DNA of 41,228 nucleotides from Gammaproteobacteria bacterium (GTDB lineage Bacteria; Pseudomonadota; Gammaproteobacteria; Steroidobacterales; Steroidobacteraceae): NCBI GenBank assembly GCA_005877965.1, contig VBNP01000025.1:1-41228 (forward strand). The letters run 5' to 3'. Below the pieces are notes generated by a model. It searched no databases and was not told the origin of the DNA. It saw only the letters and a list, made by a program, of their open reading frames with translations. The position numbers and the translations under genes are program-made. Every line of letters starts with the position of its first letter. The stretch's first letter is position 1. Shown piece by piece: positions 18,322 to 26,386 of this stretch.

Positions 18322-18370
18322 TCCAGTACATCATCGGAGCCACGGCGATGCGGCGATCTAACTTCGACGC
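18322..18370 (-). repeat. dusA 5' core, copy C (distal remnant, no start codon)
   Basis: It is identical to copy B (17078-17126) at 48 of 49 nt, with the single mismatch at 17084 C versus 18328 A. It encodes ...NSVEASKLDRRIAVAPMMYWTD and then diverges from DusA. Weaker similarity (~60%) extends about 35 nt to the left and 14 nt to the right. Confidence 0.85.
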
Positions 18371-18401
18371 CTCGACAGAATTGCGGGACTCCCCTGCTCG
18401 C

Positions 18402-19760
18402 CTACCTCGAGAACCCTACAACGAGCACGATGGCAATCCCAAGCGGACAAACGTAGCGCAGCGCGAACAACAGCAGCCGTCGCGACCGGAGAGATAGACC
18501 ACTCAGTTCGCCTTCCGGAATCCGTTTCCCCATCCGCCAGCCGATGAACACGCTGACCAGAAGCGCTGAGATCGGCATGAGCAGGTTGGCAGCCAGAAAA
18601 TCGACCACGGCAAAGAAATTCAATCCTGCCAGGCGGGGAATCGACCGCAGCGGATGCCAGTCCTTCAAGTGGCCGAACGAAAGCACCGAGCCCTGACCGA
18701 TCAGCCAGCCGGCGCCCAGGCACAGGCACGCCGCGGTCGCGCGCCTCAGGCCGGCGCGCTCCGACAGCCACGCAATCCAGGGTTCCATGAGGCCAATCGA
18801 AGGAGTGAATGCGGCCAGCGCGAGAAGCGCGAAGAACAGAGTGCCGATGAGGCGGCCGCCGGGCATTTCGGCAAACGCTATCGGCAGAACCTGAAAGACG
18901 AGTTCCGGACCCTCGGCGGGGTTCAGACCGTAGTGGAACATCAGCGGGAAGATCACCACCGTCGCGAGGAGCGATACTACGAAGATCGAACCGACAACGG
19001 CCGTTACGCTGCGCTGCAGAGACTCCCCGACCGGCATGTACGCCCCGTAGGCGATGATGATGCCGGCGCTCACGCCCATCGCAAACAGCGCCTGGCCGAC
19101 GGCGCCGAGAACAACCACCGATGTGAGCCGGCTCAGGTCCGGCGCAAATGCGAAGCGCAGTCCGCGCGCCACGTCTCCGGTAGCCAGCGAGTATGCGACG
19201 AGCACCAGGAGAATCGCGAGCAGCCCGGGCGCACGCCAGCGGTTGGCCCATTCGACCCCGCGATTCAGTTGCCGGGCCGAAACGACAGCAACCAGCGCGA
19301 AAAATCCCAGCTGCCACAGCGATACAGCGCGTGAATCGGCAACAAACGCGTGGAACTTCGCGACCACCGCGGGCGGTCCACGAGCGTAGTTGCCGGAAAG
19401 AAAGTACCAGGTGTAGGCGAGCACCCAGCCGGCGATCATCGTGTAGTACGAGATGATCAGGAACCCGGCGATAGAGCCGGTCCACCCGACGACGTCCCAC
19501 AGCGCTGAGTCCCCAAAGCGTCCGGCTATGACGCCCGCCGCCCGTGGCGGGGAGTGCCTCGACCATCGGCCGAGCACTGCCTCGGCGATGAAGACCGGAG
19601 CACCGAAGGCCAGACAAGCGAGGACGAATACCGCGATGAATGCGAATCCGCCCCCGGCGGCTGCCAGATACGGAAAGCGCCAGATGCTGCCCATGCCGAC
19701 GGCGGCTCCGACGGCGCCGAGCAGGAATCCCAGCCGCGAGACCCACCGCTGGCTGTTCAC
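18402..19760 (-). CDS. sodium-dependent transporter, neurotransmitter:sodium symporter (NSS/SNF) family
   Basis: The 452-aa product has the N-terminal motif RLGFLLGAVGAAVGMGSIWRFPY and is predicted to be a multi-pass membrane protein (about 11-12 transmembrane helices by eye). Confidence 0.9.
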   Translation of the reverse strand: MNSQRWVSRLGFLLGAVGAAVGMGSIWRFPYLAAAGGGFAFIAVFVLACLAFGAPVFIAEAVLGRWSRHSPPRAAGVIAGRFGDSALWDVVGWTGSIAGFLIISYYTMIAGWVLAYTWYFLSGNYARGPPAVVAKFHAFVADSRAVSLWQLGFFALVAVVSARQLNRGVEWANRWRAPGLLAILLVLVAYSLATGDVARGLRFAFAPDLSRLTSVVVLGAVGQALFAMGVSAGIIIAYGAYMPVGESLQRSVTAVVGSIFVVSLLATVVIFPLMFHYGLNPAEGPELVFQVLPIAFAEMPGGRLIGTLFFALLALAAFTPSIGLMEPWIAWLSERAGLRRATAACLCLGAGWLIGQGSVLSFGHLKDWHPLRSIPRLAGLNFFAVVDFLAANLLMPISALLVSVFIGWRMGKRIPEGELSGLSLRSRRLLLFALRYVCPLGIAIVLVVGFSR

Positions 19761-19806
19761 GCTGATCGTTCTGTCAAGCCGGGCGCCCGCAGCGGCGCCG
19801 TGCCGG

Positions 19807-20628
19807 TCACGGAATGATGGCGATCACGCGCGCCGGGAAGCCGGTACCGCCATCCGGCTTCGGCCAGGTCACGATGAGGAGTGCACCCGCCTCGGGGACC
19901 TGGTCCAGGTTCGTCAGCATCTCGATCTGGTAGTGGTTGAGACCGAGTATGTAACTCTCCAGTGAGTAATCATCGTGCGTCGTCGCGACGCCGGGATCGG
20001 TATCGGTGGTCTCATGGCCCGAGGCCGTGATCTTGCGGTCCTCAAACAGGAGCTTCAGAACGTCCTTGCTCCAGCCGGGATAGTGGGCGACACCTGCGGC
20101 GTCCCGGTTCTGCATGGCGGCATCGTTGGGCCAGCGCTTCGCCCAGTCAGTGCGCATGGCCACGAACGCATGCTCCGGAATGCGACCGTGCTTCGCCTCC
20201 CAATCGCTCACGTCTTCGAGCGCCAGCGTGTAGTCCGGATTCCTGGCGACCTTGCCATGCACGTCGATGACGACGAGTGGCAGCAGCATTTCCTGCGGCG
20301 GAATCTGATCTACCGTGCGCAGACCCTCGTGGAAATGCGCCGGCGCGTCGATATGGGTACCCCACTGCCCCACATGAGTGAACTGCTGCACGGTGAAACC
20401 GTCTTTCTTTATTGTGTACAGCGTCGTCACTCTCTCCTCGCCGAAGCCCTTCCAGTGCGGCGTGGTCGGCCCGAACGTGTGCGTGAGATCGACGAATCGC
20501 TTCGTCGCCAGGGTGGCGTAAACATCGCTCAGGCCGACGGCAGGCTTGGCAGGGGCGGACGCCGCGCCGGCTGTGTACAGGACCGCGGCAGCCGCGCTGA
20601 TGGCTGCGACTCGTGTCTTGTTCAACAT
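19807..20628 (-). CDS. cyclase-family protein (kynurenine formamidase-like metal hydrolase), secreted
   Basis: It has a signal peptide (MLNKTRVAAISAAAAVLYTAGAASA) followed by FVDLTHTF...GTHIDAPAHF, typical of the putative cyclase family. I start it at the ATG at 20628. Confidence 0.85.
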   Translation of the reverse strand: MLNKTRVAAISAAAAVLYTAGAASAPAKPAVGLSDVYATLATKRFVDLTHTFGPTTPHWKGFGEERVTTLYTIKKDGFTVQQFTHVGQWGTHIDAPAHFHEGLRTVDQIPPQEMLLPLVVIDVHGKVARNPDYTLALEDVSDWEAKHGRIPEHAFVAMRTDWAKRWPNDAAMQNRDAAGVAHYPGWSKDVLKLLFEDRKITASGHETTDTDPGVATTHDDYSLESYILGLNHYQIEMLTNLDQVPEAGALLIVTWPKPDGGTGFPARVIAIIP

Positions 20629-20706
20629 CACTCTCCCTCCCCTGGTACAGCAGCGCCGAGTCCCGCCGGGCCGCTCGCCTGACAGGCCCGGCCGCATCCG
20701 CTGTCT

Positions 20707-23130
20707 CTAGAATTTGTAGTGCAGGTGTACCTTGAACCACCGCGGCATGCCGGGATACACCTGCGCCAGGCCGTTGATCGACGTGTTGTCGAAGCCCATC
20801 GTGCCGTAGTGCTTGTCGGCGAGATTCTCGACCGAGACACCGATCTCGAGCTTGCCGCTCGCAGGTGTGTAGCTCGCGCGCGCGTTCGCGATGCCGAACG
20901 CCGACTGCAGCACCGCCGGGTTGTCGGACAGGTTGAACCAGAAACTCGACAGGTAGTTGCCGTCGACTTGCAGCGCAACGTGTCCGCTGCCGACGGGAAA
21001 CGTGTAACGCGCCATCGCGTTCGCGGTCCATTTCGGCGCGTTGCCCGGCACGTAGTCGCCCTTGACCCCGGTCCCGCGCGTATCGACGTTCTTCACGATC
21101 GCATCGACGTAGGCGACACCGGCGCCGAAACGCCACGCTTCGGAGGGCGCCCACTCGAGCTCGAGCTCGGCGCCTTTGTGCGTGGCGTCGGCGTTGACGA
21201 TCAGCTGCTCGAGGCTGACGGTGTAGATCAGTGCCTGGTAGTCCTTGTAGTCGTAGTAATACGCCGCGCCGTTCAAGCGCAGCCTGCGATCGAGGAACTC
21301 GGACTTCAACCCGACCTCGTAGGAGGTCAGCTTCTCGGGCCTGAAGATCAGTGCGCTCGTGTCGTTGATGAAGAACGGAAACAGCGGTGCGGTGAAACCG
21401 CCACCCTTGACGCCGCGGTTGACGCCGGCGTAGGCGAGCAGATCCGGTGCGAGGTGGAAGTCGAGCTGCGCCTTGCCGCTGAACAGCGTGTCGGAGCGAC
21501 TGTTGGGGTAGTGGTGCAACTGCAAACTCGCCGTCTGCGTCAGCACGGTGATCTGCCCGGTCGGGCTCTGCGGATAGTAGAGGTACGGGATCCAGGTGAA
21601 ATCAAAGTCCTTCTTGTCCGAGGTTACCCGGCCACCGAGAGTTAGCCCGAGGAGGTCGGTGAAGCGGTACTCGACCTGGGCGAACCCCGCGTACGACTTG
21701 GTCAGCAGGCTGTACGGCGAGCGCGTCGCGGGAACCGAGCCCGGCGGCGCCAGCGTCGAGCCGGGTGGCGCCTGGACGACGTCGTTCCAGTACGGCGCCG
21801 TGCCGATGGGCCAGGCGCCATCTAGTGGGAACCCATAGGCTTTCTGATAATTCTGCCTGTTCGGATTGGTCGGGCTGTTGAATTCCTGCGCGGTAAAGAA
21901 TGCAGGACCCTCCCAGCCCTCGAAATAATCGCCGTTGATGCGCAGCCCATAAATGCCCGCGGTCCAGTTCAGCTTCTTGTCTCCCCCGTTCAGCCGCGCC
22001 TCGATCGACTGCTGGTCGACGTTGCTGCCGTTGAAGAACTGGAACAGCGTGACCGGCGAGGCGTCCGAATCCTCCTGGTAATCCTTGCGCCAGGTCGAGT
22101 AGTCTCCGATGACGGTCAGCGACTTACCGGCGAAATCGCGCGTGTACCGAGCAGTGAAACCGGTGGCCTTCTCGCGCGTAAAGCCGCTGATGCTGTCACG
22201 GATCACGAACGGGCCGCTGTTCTTCAGGCCGCTCGCGTTGCAGCCCGGGCACGTGACGTAGGGGTTGTCGTTCGGACCTGCGAGTGCGTCGTAGCCGGTC
22301 GAAATCGGCAGCGTCGCGTATTCCTCCCACGAGCCGGCGTGCACGTCCTGGCGCGCGTAGCGCGCACTCATGAGCAGCTGGGAACTGTCCGGCAGCTTGA
22401 ACAGCAACTGGGCGCGCAACGCGAAGTCGTTGCCGTTCTCGGCATCACTCGCGCCGCCAAACAGGTTGCGAAACAGCGGGTCGTAGTGATTGGACTGGAA
22501 CGCGAAACGCCCGTCGACGCTGCTCGACAACGGGCCGTTGATCGCGCCCTCGACGCGCCCGAGGTTGCGCTGGCCGAAGGTCGTGTCGAGGTAACCGCCG
22601 GCCTGGTCGGTCGGCTTGCGGGTGATGTAGTTCGCGAGTCCACCGGTCGCGTTGCGGCCGAACAGCGTCCCCTGCGGCCCGCGCAGCACCTCGACACGGT
22701 CGACGTCGAACACCGAGAACGCCAGGCCGACCATCTGGCTCACGTAGACATCGTCGACGTAGATCGCGGCCGGGCTCTCCTGGTGGTCGGCGAAGTCGTT
22801 CTGCACCACGCCGCGGATCGCGAGGCTGAAGGAGGATGGACCGTTCGGCTGCGTCAGCACGACCGCCGGCATCGATTTCGTGATGTCGGTGGCGCCCACG
22901 ACTCCGAGGTCGGTCAAGTCCGCCGCGCTGATCGCCGACATTGCGATGCCGATGTCCTGCAGGTTCTGCTCGCGCTTTTGCGCCGTGACGATGACCTCCT
23001 GAAGCCCGCCGGCCGGCTCCGTCGATGCCGGAGCCTGCTGGGCAGCAACCGTCTGCAGGAGCGCTGCGGACACGCACGCCAATGCGGCCAGGATGACTCG
23101 CGCTTTAGTCGTCGATTCCGGTTTTTTCAT
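20707..23130 (-). CDS. TonB-dependent receptor
   Basis: The 807-aa product has a signal peptide, a plug domain (EVIVTAQKREQNLQDIGIAMSAI...VEVLRGPQGTLFGRNATGG) and a 22-strand-type barrel ending ...HLHYKF. Confidence 0.9.
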   Translation of the reverse strand: MKKPESTTKARVILAALACVSAALLQTVAAQQAPASTEPAGGLQEVIVTAQKREQNLQDIGIAMSAISAADLTDLGVVGATDITKSMPAVVLTQPNGPSSFSLAIRGVVQNDFADHQESPAAIYVDDVYVSQMVGLAFSVFDVDRVEVLRGPQGTLFGRNATGGLANYITRKPTDQAGGYLDTTFGQRNLGRVEGAINGPLSSSVDGRFAFQSNHYDPLFRNLFGGASDAENGNDFALRAQLLFKLPDSSQLLMSARYARQDVHAGSWEEYATLPISTGYDALAGPNDNPYVTCPGCNASGLKNSGPFVIRDSISGFTREKATGFTARYTRDFAGKSLTVIGDYSTWRKDYQEDSDASPVTLFQFFNGSNVDQQSIEARLNGGDKKLNWTAGIYGLRINGDYFEGWEGPAFFTAQEFNSPTNPNRQNYQKAYGFPLDGAWPIGTAPYWNDVVQAPPGSTLAPPGSVPATRSPYSLLTKSYAGFAQVEYRFTDLLGLTLGGRVTSDKKDFDFTWIPYLYYPQSPTGQITVLTQTASLQLHHYPNSRSDTLFSGKAQLDFHLAPDLLAYAGVNRGVKGGGFTAPLFPFFINDTSALIFRPEKLTSYEVGLKSEFLDRRLRLNGAAYYYDYKDYQALIYTVSLEQLIVNADATHKGAELELEWAPSEAWRFGAGVAYVDAIVKNVDTRGTGVKGDYVPGNAPKWTANAMARYTFPVGSGHVALQVDGNYLSSFWFNLSDNPAVLQSAFGIANARASYTPASGKLEIGVSVENLADKHYGTMGFDNTSINGLAQVYPGMPRWFKVHLHYKF

Positions 23131-23168
23131 GGTGTTCTGCCATAGTTATTGGTTCTGATGTTGCACGC

Positions 23169-24272
23169 TCACGTCCCGACACGTCCGTGCCGATCAGGGC
23201 GTACGAGCGGAATCACCTCACTCGTCCAACCGTATGGGTCGGGCGCCCGCCTCTCCTGGATGGCGAGCAGCCGCTCGCGAAGCTCACGCGCCCGAGCGTC
23301 GATCACTCCTGGCCGATATTCACGGCCGTCGCTGTCGCCGATAAGGCTGATCGGGCAGACGATGGCCGCGGTGCCGCAGGCAAATACCTCACTGCACTCT
23401 CCGCTCGCGAGTTGTCGCAGCAGCTCCGCGACAGCCATGCTTCTCTCGATGACGCGCCAGCCCGAATCACGCGCCAGCACGATCAGGGAGTCACGGGTCA
23501 CGCCCGGCAAAATCGAATCGTTGAGAACCGGCGTATGCAGCTCATCGCCGATGACCGCGAACAGATTCATGCCGGAGAGCTCTTCAATGTTCTGCCGCGT
23601 CGTAGGATCGAGCCACAGAGCGACCGTGTAGCCGCGTTCGACGGCACGCGTCGACGCCAGCAACGAAGCCGCATAGTTCGCCCCGGCCTTCACCGTTCCG
23701 AGCCCCCCGGCGGCGGCCCTGACCTGCTCGCGCTCGATCAGAACCTTCATGACGCCCGCGGAGTAGGCCTCGGACGGGTTCGCGATGACCATGAAGCGCG
23801 CGCTAGTGGAGGCGCGCACCGCGTACCCCGGTTCGGTGCCGAACAGGAACGGCCGCACGTACAGCGACTGGCCGGACTTGTCCGGCACAAACGCAGTACA
23901 AGCCCCGACCACCGCGTGAATGCCTTCAAGGAACAGTTCCTGCGGCACCGGCCTCATGGCAAGTCGTTCGGCGGATCTCTTGAAGCGCAGGTAGTTATCT
24001 CGTGCGCGGAACAGATTCGCGGCCGGGCGACCAACCCGGTAGGCCTTCATGCCCTCGAACACCTGTTCCGCGAAATGCAGCGCGCGAGCGCCGGGCAATA
24101 TCTCGATCGCTCCGTACGGCAGCAGCTCGCCCTGCTTCCATTGCCCGCCCTCGAAAGTTGCGCTGTACATCACCGGTGCGGCGACCAGTCCGAAGCCCAG
24201 GGAATCCGGCAGCCTGAAATCCGCGAGGCATTTCCAGACTTCATTCCGAACGAGGTAGGCGGCGGTCGGCAC
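23169..24272 (-). CDS. ilvE: branched-chain amino acid aminotransferase (class IV PLP enzyme)
   Basis: It contains FEGMKAYR, YVRPFLFG, GTVKAGANYAASL and LPGVTRDS motifs. I start it at the GTG at 24272, preceded by GGAG with a 7-nt spacer. The longer track ORF would overlap the SDR gene. Confidence 0.85.
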   Translation of the reverse strand: MPTAAYLVRNEVWKCLADFRLPDSLGFGLVAAPVMYSATFEGGQWKQGELLPYGAIEILPGARALHFAEQVFEGMKAYRVGRPAANLFRARDNYLRFKRSAERLAMRPVPQELFLEGIHAVVGACTAFVPDKSGQSLYVRPFLFGTEPGYAVRASTSARFMVIANPSEAYSAGVMKVLIEREQVRAAAGGLGTVKAGANYAASLLASTRAVERGYTVALWLDPTTRQNIEELSGMNLFAVIGDELHTPVLNDSILPGVTRDSLIVLARDSGWRVIERSMAVAELLRQLASGECSEVFACGTAAIVCPISLIGDSDGREYRPGVIDARARELRERLLAIQERRAPDPYGWTSEVIPLVRPDRHGRVGT

Positions 24273-24301
24273 GTGCGGACTCCGTGATCGAGCAAACGAT
24301 C

Positions 24302-25036
24302 TCAAATCGACTGCAGCAGCCCGCCATCGCAGGCGATTGCCTGGCCGGTTACGTAGCCCGCCGGATCCGATGCCAGGAACGCCGCCACCGCGGCAAGCTC
24401 CTGCGGGCGTGCGAGCCTGCCGGCCGGAATCTGCGCTGCCAGCTTGGTTACATCGAGCTGCAGTTCCTCGAGTCGCTCGGTCAGTGTGTATCCTGGCATG
24501 AGCGCATTGACGGTGACCTGGTCCGCGGAGACTTCCCGGCTGAGCGCATTGACGAGACCATGCAGGCCCGCACGCAGTGAGTTGGACAGCATCAGATTGG
24601 CTACCGGCTCGCGCGCAGCGATTGAGGTGATGAGGATGACTCGCCCCCAGCGCCGCGCACGCATTCCGGGCAGCGCGCTGCGAATGGCGCCGACGCCGCT
24701 CATCCACAAGCCTTCAAAGGCGGCTCGCCACGCGGCATCCGACAAGTCTACGAACAGCCCCGGTGGTGGCCCCCCGGTATTGACGACCAGGACGTCGAGC
24801 GGCCCGATGCGCTTCTCCGTCTCACGGATGAGGGCCGCGGCAGCGCCAGGGGCCGACAGGTCGCAGACGATTCCCTCTACGCCAAGCTCGAGGGCGGTCG
24901 CGCCGAGACGCTCGGCGTTACGAGCACAGATCGCCACGCGCGCGCCTTCCGCAACCAGCGCCTGCGCAATGGCTTTGCCGAGCCCGCGCGAGCCGCCCAT
25001 CACGAGCGCGCGACGCCCCTCCAAGCCAAGATTCAC
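24302..25036 (-). CDS. SDR-family oxidoreductase
   Basis: The 244-aa product has the cofactor-binding motif ALVMGGSRGLGKAIA and classical SDR length and layout. Confidence 0.9.
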   Translation of the reverse strand: MNLGLEGRRALVMGGSRGLGKAIAQALVAEGARVAICARNAERLGATALELGVEGIVCDLSAPGAAAALIRETEKRIGPLDVLVVNTGGPPPGLFVDLSDAAWRAAFEGLWMSGVGAIRSALPGMRARRWGRVILITSIAAREPVANLMLSNSLRAGLHGLVNALSREVSADQVTVNALMPGYTLTERLEELQLDVTKLAAQIPAGRLARPQELAAVAAFLASDPAGYVTGQAIACDGGLLQSI

Positions 25037-25037
25037 C

Positions 25038-25418
25038 TCAACTCCTCAGGTAGGCGTCGGTGCCGGCCAGCCAGTCCTGCCGCGGTGGGCTGAAGACGTC
25101 CACATCCAGCGTGTCCTCGAGCGCCAGAGCACGGTGCGGCACGTTCGACGGAATGACGAGCACCTCGCCCGCGCGCACGGTCAGCTCCCGCTCGTCATTC
25201 GCGCCGAACCAGAACTGCAGCGCGCCCTGGAGTATGTAAGTGAGCTGCTCGTTCTCGTGCGAGTGGCGCGGAACGTCGTCACCCTTTTTCAAGTACACGT
25301 GCGCGATCATCATCCGCTCGCCCGTGACCAGGCGCCGCGTGATCGTGCCCTTGAGTGACTCCTCCGGAATGCGATCCCAGCGATGGTGGCTCACGCTCTT
25401 GAAGTCGGCGACGCCCAT
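25038..25418 (-). CDS. cupin domain protein
   Basis: The 126-aa product has the cupin motifs PRHSHENEQLTYILQG and VLVIPSNVPH. It starts 1 nt after the SDR start boundary. Confidence 0.85.
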   Translation of the reverse strand: MGVADFKSVSHHRWDRIPEESLKGTITRRLVTGERMMIAHVYLKKGDDVPRHSHENEQLTYILQGALQFWFGANDERELTVRAGEVLVIPSNVPHRALALEDTLDVDVFSPPRQDWLAGTDAYLRS

Positions 25419-25431
25419 GAAGGTACCCTCC

Positions 25432-25827
25432 TCAGAGAAACTGTGGATCGACGGCTACGTCGAGCGCGATGACGAGACGGTTGGTTTCATTCACCAGGCC
25501 GACGATCGCCAGCAGCTCCGAATACTGGGCCTCCGTCATGCCCTTGTTGCGCGCCGCGGCGCCGTGGGAAGCGATACAGTACCGGCAGCCGTTCGAGGCG
25601 CTTACCGCAAGGTACAGCAGCTCCTTGGTCAGCGGATCGAGCGTTCCCGGACCCATGACTTCCTTGATGTTGGTCCAGATACGCCTGAGGGTGCGCGGGT
25701 CGTGCGCGAGCACCTTCCAGAAATTGTTGACCCAGTCGGTCTTGCGGGTCGCCATGATGTCGTCGTAGATCTCCCGCACTTCAGGTGTTGCTTCGCTGTA
25801 TTCGACCGGCTGTCGCCTGGCGCTCAT
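25432..25827 (-). CDS. carboxymuconolactone decarboxylase (AhpD-like) family protein
   Basis: It has the CxxC-type motif NGCRYCIASH in an all-helical ~130-aa protein. The ATG at 25827 is preceded by a G-rich ribosome-binding site. Confidence 0.85.
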   Translation of the reverse strand: MSARRQPVEYSEATPEVREIYDDIMATRKTDWVNNFWKVLAHDPRTLRRIWTNIKEVMGPGTLDPLTKELLYLAVSASNGCRYCIASHGAAARNKGMTEAQYSELLAIVGLVNETNRLVIALDVAVDPQFL

Positions 25828-26012
25828 ACGGCCCCCTGAGCTACTCGCTTCCCTCAGGCCCAGTGTGTACCACATACGGTACATCCCTCAAATGGGACCC
25901 GAAGCCCCAGCTGCAGCAGCTTGAGCCGTACCTCTGGGTCGCCATGGGACTGGCCTCCGGCCGCCTGGTGCTGCAAAGCGACGCAACGCTCGTCCGTTCA
26001 CCGCACGCGCCT

Positions 26013-26044
26013 TTGTCGTCTGATAGCTTTCTCGCTATCATAGC
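26013..26044 (+). promoter_or_regulatory. sigma70-like promoter of the XRE gene, predicted leaderless, with overlapping palindromic operator candidates
   Basis: The sequence reads TTGTCG (26013-18)-17 nt-TATCAT (26036-41)-agcggg-GTG (26048). TGATAGC-N6-GCTATCA (26021-26040) is a perfect inverted repeat. GCTAT-C-ATAGC (26034-26044) overlaps it. Confidence 0.5.
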
Positions 26045-26047
26045 GGG

Positions 26048-26386
26048 GTGGCTCAGACAACTGCATCACGACTGCTGATCTTGGCCCGGCGCAGTGCCGG
26101 GCTCACGCAACGCGATCTGGCGCGCCGCGCGCGCACCTCACAGTCCGTCATTGCCCGTATCGAGAGTGGCGCTGCCAGCCCAAGCTGGAAAACTCTGCAG
26201 CGTCTGGTGAACCGTGCAGGTTTTGACTTGCAGGGGGTACTCAGTCCGAGGCCTCGCAACCGCTCGCATATGCTCGCTGACGTCCCCCGTATATTGCGAT
26301 TGACGCCGGAACAGCGGCTGCTCGAACTGCATCACGCCGCGCGCTTCTTTGCGGCCGCGGCGCGTATCGATGACGGGTCCGTTTGA
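26048..26386 (+). CDS. XRE-family helix-turn-helix DNA-binding protein, putative antitoxin
   Basis: The 112-aa product contains LARRSAGLTQRDLARRARTSQSVIARIESG, a classic Cro/C1-type HTH. Its 3' end overlaps the next gene by 17 nt. Confidence 0.8.
   Translation: MAQTTASRLLILARRSAGLTQRDLARRARTSQSVIARIESGAASPSWKTLQRLVNRAGFDLQGVLSPRPRNRSHMLADVPRILRLTPEQRLLELHHAARFFAAAARIDDGSV

Larger units (their letters stand above)
10817..18370 (-). mobile_element. composite, integrase-less dusA-associated island remnant made of two segments bounded by dusA 5' repeats (10836-17126 and 17127-18370)
   Basis: There are three copies of the dusA 5' coding core, at 10817, 17078 and 18322. Sampled GC is lower inside: 52-64% by hand counts of 120-nt samples at 14401, 16381, 17141 and 17521, against 69% at 7081. 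The cargo is TA-type and accessory genes. No recombinase ORF is present. Confidence 0.55.

Noticed and set aside
18358-19746. 462-aa alternative-frame ORF on the same strand as the NSS transporter.
   Set aside because: Its composition is Arg-rich, whereas the other frame gives a clean multi-pass membrane protein with the NSS N-terminal motif.
24273-24707. 145-codon N-terminal extension of the aminotransferase ORF.
   Set aside because: It overlaps the SDR gene in another frame and is low-complexity. The GTG at 24272 has a GGAG ribosome-binding site and gives the normal ~367-aa length.
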